A stretch of 63,825 nt of DNA, the filler included, from Intoshia linei (taxonomy: Eukaryota > Animalia > Orthonectida): assembly GCA_001642005.1 (NCBI GenBank). It is 7 parts of 7 records of this genome, joined end to end, with 100 filler letters (N's around TTAATTAATTAA, not from the genome) between each part and the next. Parts side by side here need not be neighbours in the genome. Positions count along the whole stretch, not along the records: positions 1 to 28,584 come from LWCA01000408.1; 6 more parts are not named here. One strand, written 5' to 3'. A program made the translations under genes and the position numbers. A model generated the notes under the pieces. The model was not told the DNA's origin and did not search any database. It saw only the letters and a list, made by a program, of their open reading frames with translations. Below, piece by piece: positions 1 through 11,721 of the stretch; the stretch's first letter is position 1; every line of letters begins with the position of its first letter.

Positions 1-140
1 TGTAGTTTTTTTAATTTGGCCGTTTCATTAAGAGCAGATTCAATATCTATCTTTCCAAATATTTTAGAAGAGAGAGTTAAGAAATTATGTTATACACGTA
101 ATAATATTTCTACTGTGATAATAATCGCACCTACCATAGA

Positions 141-3100
141 TTACCGACCAACCTGTGTAAGATTACAAAAATACTTTAAAAATATCACAATATATTTCAC
201 CTTTTCAGAATTTCTTGCAGTTGTATTTTTGTTTTCATTAACAAATATGTCCGAATGCTTACTAATATTCCACAAAATAACAGTCCCATTACGACAACCC
301 GCTGCTATTATATTTGGATTTGATGGACAGAATTTAAATACATAAACATCACTGGGTGCCTCCAATACCATCTAAATGTAATGTACGCTGACACATCTAT
401 TATTAATAAATAGTTACTTGTGGGTGAATCGGATCATAAAAATTCCAAATAAGAATAATGTGTTGAGTAGCATAACTTTTATTAATACGTTCTACCCTTT
501 TATCAAAGCAACTTTTATCAACCACAGAAACGGCCACAACATCTAGAAAAAAATAAACAGAGTAAATATTATATGTACGTCTATAACGTGGGTGCCAATC
601 AATACAAGATATAGCTTTATTTTCTGTATAGATCAAATCTGTGAACGATTGAAATTCCTAAATTTTTTATTTCAAATATTTGTTTTATTTTACTTTTAAA
701 TGTGCATTGTTTTTGCTCAAAAATTCGACATCACTAGATATTAAACTCCACTCATCCTTTGTTACATCTGCTAATCTATTTTCTACCAAAATTTCCTGAA
801 ATCTAAAATATAGTGATTTCAGCAAAATACGAATATAAAGAAACAAAATATGAGGTAAAATATATAAATAATAAAAAATTAATATATAATATTATAATAT
901 TATTTAATATTTTTTTATTTGAATAAATTTTTTTTTTAATTTGCATGTGATCACTTTTTACCAAAAACAATTTACTAGAATAGAAATTTACTAAAATTCA
1001 CATTTTTTAACTTATCGCGACCATAGTTATCCACCCCAACCCAGCGTTGGAAAACACTTGGTTTTATAGAATTCTACCACTAGGTTTGAATTTCAAGTTC
1101 TAAATATACTTCATAACGCACCCCTTTATATAGTTTGGTTTACTACTTTATTACTCAAAAAGTTTAATGTTGGTATTCTGTTTATTGTCCTATTAATACA
1201 ATCATATGATATAGCACATTATATATACATGATATATATCATAGCACAAAAAATAATATCATTTTGAATAATAAAAAAATTCTTAAAGTGGTTATTTTTA
1301 AAACCACACTGTAATATTGTTCGTAATTTATAATATTACTTTGGAAACATTTTTTTGAAGAATGCTTTCATTTCCAATGAATTCATGCATTTTTCTTTTT
1401 TATCATTAGTAATATCGTTTATGTAATATTGTACACCAATATTTCTACATAGTGACCAGTTAGTCTGCACTGTTCCATCCTTAACCTCTGAAATTGCCTA
1501 AATTTATGTATTATATGAATATTTATTAAAAATGATCATGTTATCATACATTATTATTAATTTAGTACAAAAATCACGTTTTATATTGCTTAATACACAC
1601 TATATGTATAAACCAGGTTATTTCTAAATTCAATACGCTAATCAATGTAGTATAATTTGTTTTTTCTAGTTTTACTAAAGTTAGAACAGCCCTGGATTTA
1701 CACAAATACATTTCATTCAAAATAAAGTAAATAAATTTATAATACGTACTACCTAAAGAGTCCCATTGATTTAATTAAATTAGGTAAAGTATAGTTTAAG
1801 TATACTAGGCATCACGGGTGTTGGCTAAATAATACTTTGATGTTCACAAAAACAGACGTAGATCAGTGTTAAAGAGTCTGCTAAAACACACTTAAACTTT
1901 TTGAACAGACTTGAGAAAATGTATAAGCTTTATTAAAATTAAAACTTAAATACAGAATTAAATTGACTTTGGTAGCGTTGAAATCTTATTTTTTATATTA
2001 TTGCCCTTTTGATATCATAAAGTTTAATAAATCTTTAGTGACAAGGGGACCTGATTATAAAAAATTAACTAACAAACATAAGAGAAAATAGTTTCTGAAA
2101 ATAATATCAAAATGTCACATCAAGTTTGACTTGGTTTCTATAACTGGTATACATACATTTGATAATTTTGATATGTTAATGGAAAAAGATTGACGAATCG
2201 AAGTATTATGAAATATTAATGAACTGGAAACAGCTAATTTATTATAACGTAAATTTACCTGAACACTATTATTTAACAATTTTATTTGCACATTAAAATC
2301 GATGTTGTCAAAATGTGGATATTCTACAAACATTTCTTGGTTATCAATAACTGTTTTATCAACAAACTCATATTCTTGATTAAAATTGCTCCTTATTGTA
2401 CTCATTTCATAGGATATCTATTAATAATTAAAAAAATATTTAGTTCATTACAAATTTTCGATTATTTTTATATGCTTCTTCTATCATATCTTTTTCTGAA
2501 CCGAGAGAAATATGAGGTTGAACTTCAAATGGTATATAAAATAAATCTTGGTAATCTTCATAATTATCCTGTGAGGATTCTACTTCTTCGTTTTCGTCTT
2601 CTTCGGGTACCGTTATCAACTCTAACAATTCTTTTTTAGCGTCTTCAGTTAGAGCAACTATAAAATTTTGACCATGAGCGTATTCCGGATCATACATAAG
2701 TAACAATTCATTTCCAGTGTATTTCTGAGTTATAATTCATGTCAATATAAAATAAAATTACGTTAATAAATTTTTTAAAAGGACTGAAATCCGAGACAGC
2801 GGCTCGATTATAAAAGTCTTTTAATATTAAATCTTTAGATATTAATTTGAGTGGATTTTCATCTGTTACGTCTTTGTCGGTGGCACATTGAAATATTTCT
2901 TGGGATTGAGTACTCATAAATATGGCAGATACATCGCTGGGTAGTTCTAAAAGTGCACATAGCTAGGCTATAATTTACATGCTAAATTACTATTAGGAAA
3001 TTGCAATTTTGAGCATTTAGAAATTATGTCTAGATGATTGGTAAAATATTATTAAATAATTGTACTGTTTGTTTTAATATCCATTTCATTGGTTATGCTC

Positions 3101-3342
3101 ATTTTCACGCTAGGTGATGTAGAATTTCTTTTCGCATCTATAGGATCACCTTTAACATTTCGAAGGCCACTGCTTTTGTTACTGGTTGTAGATTTTCTTT
3201 TAGCAGAATTTACATTTTTTGCAGATAACTTTTTGCTAGGTTTTCTCTTTCCCTTAATATAATTATAAAGGCACGGGGTAAATATACGCTCATTTATATT
3301 GGTCTTTAGTTTTTGTTTATTGTTGCAATGTAACTTAATCAT
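141..3342 (-). CDS. DNAI3: WD-repeat axonemal dynein intermediate chain (WDR63/DNAI3, IC140-like); multi-exon, 3' part runs off the left edge
   Basis: Manually spliced exons (~3253-3052, 2947-2762, 2724-2452, 2417-2259, 1497-1340, 802-694, 657-579, 542-418, 371-201) with GT-AG introns. They give QEIFQCATDKDVTDENPLKLI..FYNRAAVSDFSP, EFQSFTDL..ISCIDWHP and ILIWNFYDPIHPQMVLEAPSDVYVFKFCPSNPNIIAAGCRNG, all recognisable WDR63 motifs. Start codon uncertain. Confidence 0.9.
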
Positions 3343-6300
3343 TATTTATATACAAAAAAAACTGTTGTTGTTTTCATAAACCCAGTAACAAATTAATTTC
3401 AAATTTTATTTATACATTTATCATTCAAATTTCGATTTCTATTCCTGTCGTTCATTATAATCTTCGACTAAGTAATAAATCTTTATATAAAATTTTAAAT
3501 TTTACTTTTTTGCTTTGTGGCTGATATATATTCATTCAATTTATCGTGATACGTTTCACACTAAAAAATTAATACAATAGAATGCATATATGTAATTACA
3601 AATATATTTATGATTCTATGCTTTCCAAAATCTCCGGAGCAAATTACCTAAAATTAATTATAAAAATATAAACTAATAACTAACATTTGAGTAACTCAGT
3701 CAAAATAATATGGAAAAAATAGAATGTTTCATTTTTGTTAACATTTTGTTTGATATTGAACAAAAAGAAAAACGATTAAAACATAAAACTTTAAAGCTAT
3801 GAACGAAGTTCAATCATCATAACCCAGTGAAATATAAGAAGTTTGTTTAAAATGAATTAAATACGCGAATTACTCATATATGCATTATCGTGTTTGATCA
3901 ATGGGTAATATTATTGAATACATTTCAATGAAATAAATTTATGAACTTAAAAAAAACAGTAATTTTTTCAAGTCATTTTTTACATTTAAAATTTTTATTA
4001 GTCAATTGAATTATTTTACAATACAAGAAATGCATTGATTCATCGAAAAATAATTGCAATGATTTAACCATTACAATGACATGTATTATATATTTCTTTA
4101 TTTTATAGTTAATGAGATATAATTTTGTAAAACCAGGGTCCCAATTTAGAAAAATAAAGATAACTCTATAACTGTGTAATGTTAAAAAATCAGGATATAT
4201 AAACCTTAAAAAAACCATTATAATTTTTTAACAATTTATAAGTAACGAAACGTAGTACCTGTTTAAAGGACCAATTTATAAACATTTAAAATTTGTGTTA
4301 AATCACTTTTTAAATGATGAAATTACATTATTTTCTAATTAAATTTATACTAATATTATTTTATTAATTAAGCAATTTCTTTAATTTGGGAATTAAGTAA
4401 TGGCCATTATTTTTTCTTTTATCCGGTATAATTTATATAACGTACAAATAAAGTTGATGATAATTGGATTATTAATTAGTCAGAACTTCACTATTTCAAT
4501 TTTATAATATTCCACAATTTGATTATATAGTATAATTTCTTATCATCGCTTAGTACGGTATAACTAGGATTTATTAATTGCATTAATCTGGCTCTGCCTT
4601 TATTAGTAGATTTAATTTTTCATACTTGCATTTTATATCAATAAATTTTTATATATTTCAGGGAAATGTTATTTTGCATTTCTCGGTTTCGATTTTTTAA
4701 ATTTACCGGAAAATCGCAATCATTAAATGTTTATATCAAATGTTTAATAATGAATATGCCAAAAATCTGACATATATCATTCATTATTGACATGTTAGAG
4801 TTAACAGTGATACAGCCTAAACGTTAAACTGTATTTGTTATATATTATCGCCCGTCAGTACACTCAGGCCTGACTATATAATTTCTAATTAATAATTTAT
4901 AACAAGTACATCACTAATGTTTTTCATCAATTGTAACCAATTTGTAATTAAAAATGTCTAAGTTATAATTAATTATACATTATATTATAATATATTTGAC
5001 GTACCAAGGGCGTTACATTTCAAATTTTTTCAAAAATTTAAGACACTCTCCCTCTTCCTTACGACCCTCATAACCTTCCCTTACACGATTTCTACGGTAT
5101 CAATCTTTAAACTTACCCATCTCTAGAATATTCTGAAAATTTTTATTTTCCATTTTCGGGAGTGGTCTCGAGCTGGGTATGTTCGGCTCTGGAGCCACTG
5201 ACAATTAATAGAGTTTATTGCACTATACCATTGAATTTTATCAATTTTCTGTATCCAATTTATATCGTAAGAGAATATGATATACTTTTTTAATTAATAT
5301 AATGTAGTTTTTAATCAAAAATATTAGATTATAATAATTAAGTGAATTTGAAAAATGGCAAATCCTTGCGTTATATACTGAAGATAAGAGTTATAGACAA
5401 ATTGGATCCATAGATTTAAGTTTGAGACTTGTGACTCGCGAAATATTAAATGCAATGAATAGATCGGTTAAAATAAATAATTCTGTATCTATTCGGTAAA
5501 TTCAAAGGAAACTCCACGATTCTGATTTTTTTTATTTTCAAGAATTAAAACAATCCCGCGACTTTTAGAAAAATATAAAAAAGGCAGAATGCTTTTAGTC
5601 AAAAAACTGATACTGGAATTCACACATTAAACAAAAATTATCTAAAGTGATAAAAGATTATTAATTTTTAAGTATATTTATTTTAATTTTTTTCATTCAA
5701 GAAAAGATTATTTCATTTTTCATCTGACAGAAAATCCTCCACATATCATTACAGAACCACCCCTGCTTGTCGTTTAGAAAAATATTCGGATTCTTGTTTT
5801 AAATCATACAAGCATTGTTTGTAAGTTTGGATCAGTAGCAAGAAAAAAATAAATAGAAGGCAGGATAGTTATAAATATCAAAATTTTATAAAAATCATTT
5901 GATTGACTCAAGAAGTTATATATTTGGCCCTGGAATGTGCTCTTGGTGTACGAAAATATACATACTATGTATGTATTAACCTGTGTCCAAAAACATTTTT
6001 TTTGAGTAAACAAAAAATAGCCCACGGGTAAAGATGAAAAATTTTGTGTATGTTACGAATATCTATATCAAAATATGAAATCAAAAAAGACACCGTTTCC
6101 CCTAAATGTCCTTAAAAAAATCAAAATACTGTTGAAGTTTATATTAAATTTAATATTAAAGCATATTAAATTCCATAATTCGTATTTAATTTGTCGCTAT
6201 AATGTAAATTAAATTTTTCTCTGTCAGATCAAGGTTTAAAGTAAATAAAAGAATACAATTAAATCATCACAGAAATTACTTTAAGATGCATATTATTGAA

Positions 6301-6789
6301 AAAAAATAAATATAAAAATGAGAATATACATTTATGCATTTATACAAATATACACAATTATGTTACATATAATAAATTTACAATATGTAATTCTGTAGTT
6401 TAATCTCATTTCAGGGTTATTGAAATATCTAATCAACATGTTTTATAAATTTTGAAGTGGTTTAGAGTGGTTTATTTTTTTATTAGCCATTCTAAACACA
6501 TTCTCCCCAATTTATTTGTGCAAGGAAATAAATCAAATCAAATCTAATTATTTTTGATTAGAATATTTTTTTATACAAAATGGAAAAAAAATTAATTCAA
6601 TAGATAATAATTAGCCCTGTTTTTAGTATATTTTGTAAATGGATATTATTTGTTAAAGTAGAAGTTAATGTCAGCACTTAAGAACAAAAAAGTTATTTCC
6701 ACAACCCATACACATATCAAAAGATGAACTCTGAATCACTGAAGTCCAATATATATTTATATATATACGATGTATTTATATAGAATTAA

Positions 6790-9700
6790 TGTTACATAAA
6801 TGAAAAATTTAAATCGCACCATCGTCTTCACAATGAAAAGTTTCATATTTATCCATTGGCTAGTTTTATCTGTTTGAATAATGACACAGGTTAATATGTA
6901 TGTTACATACATACGTATATATAAGTATATTATTTAAGACTTAAATTTTAAGTTAACCTGTTGATTGAATGTATGTATTAATTGAATAATTCCACTTTTT
7001 GTGAATTGACACTATTATTTTAGATACAAATATATACTTGTATATATTTAAATATTATAATAAATAATTGTACACTATTATAATACATATTAAACATATT
7101 TATTTGTAATATAAAATATAATAATAGTTGATATAAATAATTATTATTATTGTAAAAGTTTACTAATCCTATGAGACTTTCAGTTTTTTTTGAACTTATT
7201 ATATCACAAATAAACTAATTTTAAATGAATAATTGTATTTAATAAATTACATTTAGTGAGTCATCCAACAGAACAAATAAGTATGAAAAACTATATGACT
7301 AATAAAATGTTAATAAAATCCTAAATTGGGATTCCCAATCCTTTTGATGACAATACCCACTTTCACTGTAATTTTTAACATCCCATTTTAAAATTAAACT
7401 TGTGTCATAAAAACACATTTTTTATAGCAAATATAGGTGACATTTAAAAAATTTTGTGAGAAATAAAAATACTCTAATAAATTGTAGTTATTATTATAAT
7501 TATAAAGTGGGTTGCATCTGCAGGATTGGGAAAGGCTGTATTACATCAATATTAAATATATCCAATATTAATGGCATCCCTCTGAATATTAATTGTGATA
7601 AATCAACATTCATTTGTAAGATATTGTTAATCTAGACAAAATCTACTAAATCAAGTTGAAATATGATTGATTACCACTTTATTTGATTGCTTTAAACTAC
7701 TTATTGCAAGTAACACGGAGCACTATTTTTAAGTTTATAAAAATGAACAATAAATAATGTATCATTATAATATAATATAGTAGTGAATTCTTAAGCGTTG
7801 CGACGCGGCGCACTGGTGCTACATGAGTAGTGTTAAGGTGCGCTGTAAAGATATTTGAGTTAAGAATTTTATAAATTAGTAATTGGTTATAATTAAATTT
7901 TTTAAATTAGTTTCAAACGTTATATTGATTTACATTATCTGATGAACATTTTTAAATATACTATTGAATATAATAATCTAGCTAGATTAAATAATATAAT
8001 GAACATTCTAAATATAAATACATTTCATTTTACGTCAAATGTTCTATACGGAAGTTAAGTTCACCAAATAGAAGTATATTTTTATTATTATTACAATTTT
8101 ATATTTTTATGTTTTTTTCAAATTTTTTTACATTTTCGAATATCGATGTGCTTTTTTATCAAAATTTAAAATGCGCCCCAAATTTTTATGTATTTGACCG
8201 TGCGCCTTGAAATAAAAAATTTAAGAAGCACTGCAATATAATAAATAATAAATGTTCATTGCCTGATCGAAGTTTTTAAATGGTATGTTTATTTACTTTT
8301 AATTATACAAGTTAATTTTAAAAAGTACAACTTAATTAGAGCATTTTCAGATGTGGAACCATTTGTGCTAATGGAATGTGAAAATTACCTAATATCAATT
8401 TAGTATACAAAATATTAATCTGGTATAGAAAGAGTAGTTATTTTTTACCCTATAAGGTATTGTTCACTGTCGTACAGTTACGTATAAATCGGTTATAAAT
8501 AAACCACGTTTTAGGGACTAAACATGTTAAATTTCAATATCTCAGGTAAATGTACATAATCTTAAACCATTGCGACATATACAAATTGTTAATGTTTACT
8601 ATAAATAAATGCGTCTAAATTTGTAAAATGTGACTTAACTACATTTTTAATCAATATACAATGCAAACTTAATAATTTTAAAATTTTGTGCATAGAAAAT
8701 GGATGATTGAAATATTAAACAAAATATATATTAAAATTTTTGATATTTAAGGTAAATTTTTGAATTTTAAAATCTAATTAAAATACTTATGTATTAAAAA
8801 CAGGCATATTCAATGACCATGAACAATGTTCATCAATACAACTTACATATTCAGATGCAATCACAGAATTGCATAATTTCTAAATATACTTTATTAATTC
8901 AGTTCAATTCAATTAACTTCATAGGACGGTGATATTATAACCGTGGAATTATCTAAAATTCTATTTAAATTTTTGTCATGAATATCATTTTTACCAGAGA
9001 TTACGTTGAACGTTACAATAGAAAATATTACAATTATAAATGTAATCATTAAATTGTGATATGTTATGTATATTCAGCTAATTAAACAAAAATAAATACA
9101 ATTTGTGTTTCTAAAATTTATTTAAAATTTTGAGCTATTGAATCATATTTCAAAATCAGTATAATGTATAATTATATGTGAATTATAATACAATATATAT
9201 AATATAATTATATTACAATGTATATCAACCATGTTAAACTACAATACGTGGCGTGCCGCATCGTAAAATTTTTTCTAACGTCACTCTTGGAAACCATTAT
9301 AATATGAATCGAGATCATTGTGTAATACACAATGTGTATTTGAAAGTGACGTCAAACCATATAATAACCTAAATAATTTTTTTAATAAATGCATGGCCTT
9401 GGGGCTATCTAAAGATTTTTTAGAAATAATCCTATATTTAGTTAATAATGCATTCATAAAGATCAAAACAACTATTTTTTCAATGTTAGCCTACTAATGA
9501 TATGATTCATAGTCTATGAAGTTGCGGCAATTTTTTTATTTTACAAGTGGTTCACTGCGAAAAAAGTTTCAAACCCACTGATTTAAATAATGAACTGGAA
9601 ACTATCTTGTTAATAAATATCATCAGGTAACAGTAACATACAATGTATCAGGAAGAAGTGGTATATTTATTCACAATTTTACAGTAGATGAGTTTTCGTC

Positions 9701-10620
9701 ATCATTATTTTGTGATTATTCGATCCTGGAAATTAGAAATAAAATATTTTGTATCCATTGTGTAAGATTTTATTTTTTTAAAATAAAGTCCGAGTCATAT
9801 CTTAAATATTAATTTGATATGACTTACATGTATTTTTACAATTTTAGAATTAAGTCTTCATTATTATAAATTAATAAACATTATTTTAATTGTATCATTG
9901 ATGCCAGTAAACGTGATATTCTCGTAGTTTAGGTCTGTATAATCATGATACATAATTAATTTTGGAATATTATATAATATAAATTATTTTTTGATTTTGA
10001 TTTATTTATACTATTTTGAAAAACGTTGTATAGCTTCATCTTGGCATTCTAAAAATCATAATAGTTTACACGTTAAGACTGACGGGTCATGTGTACCCAC
10101 AGAAAACGCGTTATATACCAGTTATGGCAAAACGCGTGTTTGTGCGTCGAAAATACATAATTGATTTTTTTTTAGTAATTTCAAAAATTATAATCGTTCA
10201 ATTTAAGTTAAAAATTGAATAGATTACATAAAAAACAGCAAAATAAAAAAACTTCATCATTAAAACAATTGTTTAGTGTCACCTTGGAATATACAAATTA
10301 CGTTCATCCTATTACATTGGTTCTCAACCAGTTTTTGGGGTTACAGAAAATTTCTTTTATAAATATTACTTTACAAGTATATTTTTAAAAAGAATTTATT
10401 TAATTAAGGGTGCTAATGTGGAAAAAGGTTAAGAATCCATGTCATATTATAAAAAAATTACTTATATTCTCTAATAGTTATAAAATGTAGTATAGGTTCA
10501 AGTCGCAAAGGGATCTAAATTTACAAAAACATAAAAAAATAATTTATTTTGTACATTCTGTAAATTTAACACAATAGTTTGGGTTGGATCGCCTTCCAAG
10601 TTATATACCATTTATTTATC
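6790..10620 (-). CDS. Possible uncharacterised multi-exon gene (scattered small exons, Cys- and N-glycosylation-rich)
   Basis: Several AG..GT-bounded, less AT-rich segments on the minus strand, e.g. DLNYENITFTGINDTIK (~9880-9935), KLCNSVIASEYVSCIDEHCSW (~8790-8879), ECQDEAIQ (~10025-10048). No family recognised and the exon chain is not closed. Confidence 0.25.
7781..8233. mobile_element. hAT-type MITE (degenerate)
   Basis: Ends TAGTGAATTCTTAA / TTAAGAAGCACTG are imperfect inverted repeats of the CAGTG.TTCTTAA type; flanks TAATATAG / CAATATAA match at 6/8 as a target duplication. Confidence 0.55.
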
Positions 10621-10926
10621 TAATGTTTAGATTTCTTAAATTACTTAATAGTTACCAGAATATAAAAATATAATAGGACGCTAGACTCTATAATATAGAG
10701 TCTATGCGGCGTGAATACCATACCAGATAATCATAAAGGACTAAATTAAAAATAAATGAAAACTTTATTAAAAGAGAAATCAAGCTAAAGTAAAAAAATA
10801 CAAATTGCCTAGAAATTTTCAATTGATATGACATTAAAATGTTAAAAAGTTTCCAATTATTACAAAATTATGCTAGATATGAAAGTCGTTTGCAGAAATA
10901 CGTAGTTTTATAAATATTATAATATG

Positions 10927-11187
10927 TATTGCCGAATCTACCATACCCAAGGCCCCTCTTCGAATTTTTTGTAAAATAGTGGTCTCATTTTTCCAAAGTG
11001 AGCACTAAAAAAATTATATTATGGAATAGCATGCGTATTTTGTGTGTTAAATTTAAAATGTCAAGTTATTAGCCTTAGAGAAGTGCAAGAGGCTAGGACA
11101 TTTGAAACTATGCATCGTTTTCCAAAAAAAATTTTAGGAGCCTATTTTTTATTTTCGGTGACTACGAGCTTGGTAGGTTCGGCTCTG
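10927..11187. mobile_element. MITE of the CAG(A/T)GCCGAACCTACC TIR family
   Basis: Left TATTGCCGAATCTACC, right GGTAGGTTCGGCTCTG. The same terminus recurs near 5190, 32005, 38060, 44513, 51049 and 54352. Confidence 0.65.
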
Positions 11188-11721
11188 CAAATATACGTCA
11201 GTTGTTTTGAATTATTATTTGTATAAATGTACAAAATATTTTATTCACGCCTTTATAAAAATTCAAATCTGGTCGAAAATAATTTTGATTGTATTAATGA
11301 TAACTGCATTTTACTAATTTCATTCATCTTTAGAATACTAAGATGTATATTACCAAATTTTTATTTTCACAATATGAATTCTACATATTATTTTGAATAT
11401 TAAGTTGGTCTTCTCTAATATTTAATAAACAGTTAACATTTTGAAGGGAAACAGTACGTCGCTATAAAAGGTTTGTACTGTCAGCAATAAAAATCAAATT
11501 AAACTTGGTGTTTAGTAGTAAATTTTTTATATCACCTCCCTTGCAATTTAAACCTACATATTATTTTATTGTCGATATATAAGAGAAAATTTTTCAAAAG
11601 TTATGAATAGGATGAACTTTTAGATTTCAACTTTACACCCAAAATTGTTTAATGATGGAATTTTAATTATTATTTTAAATAAAATTCATAATGTACATTT
11701 TGTTAATTCTGTATGTTTTAA

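Noticed and set aside
16-345. Plus-strand ORFs at 16-345, 2286-2639 and 16273-16455
   Set aside because: Antisense shadows of the WDR63 and SREBP coding exons.
10070-10150. Possible piggyBac end or small RNA gene (GC-richer patch)
   Set aside because: No partner TIR, no intact TTAA site and no recognisable RNA fold.
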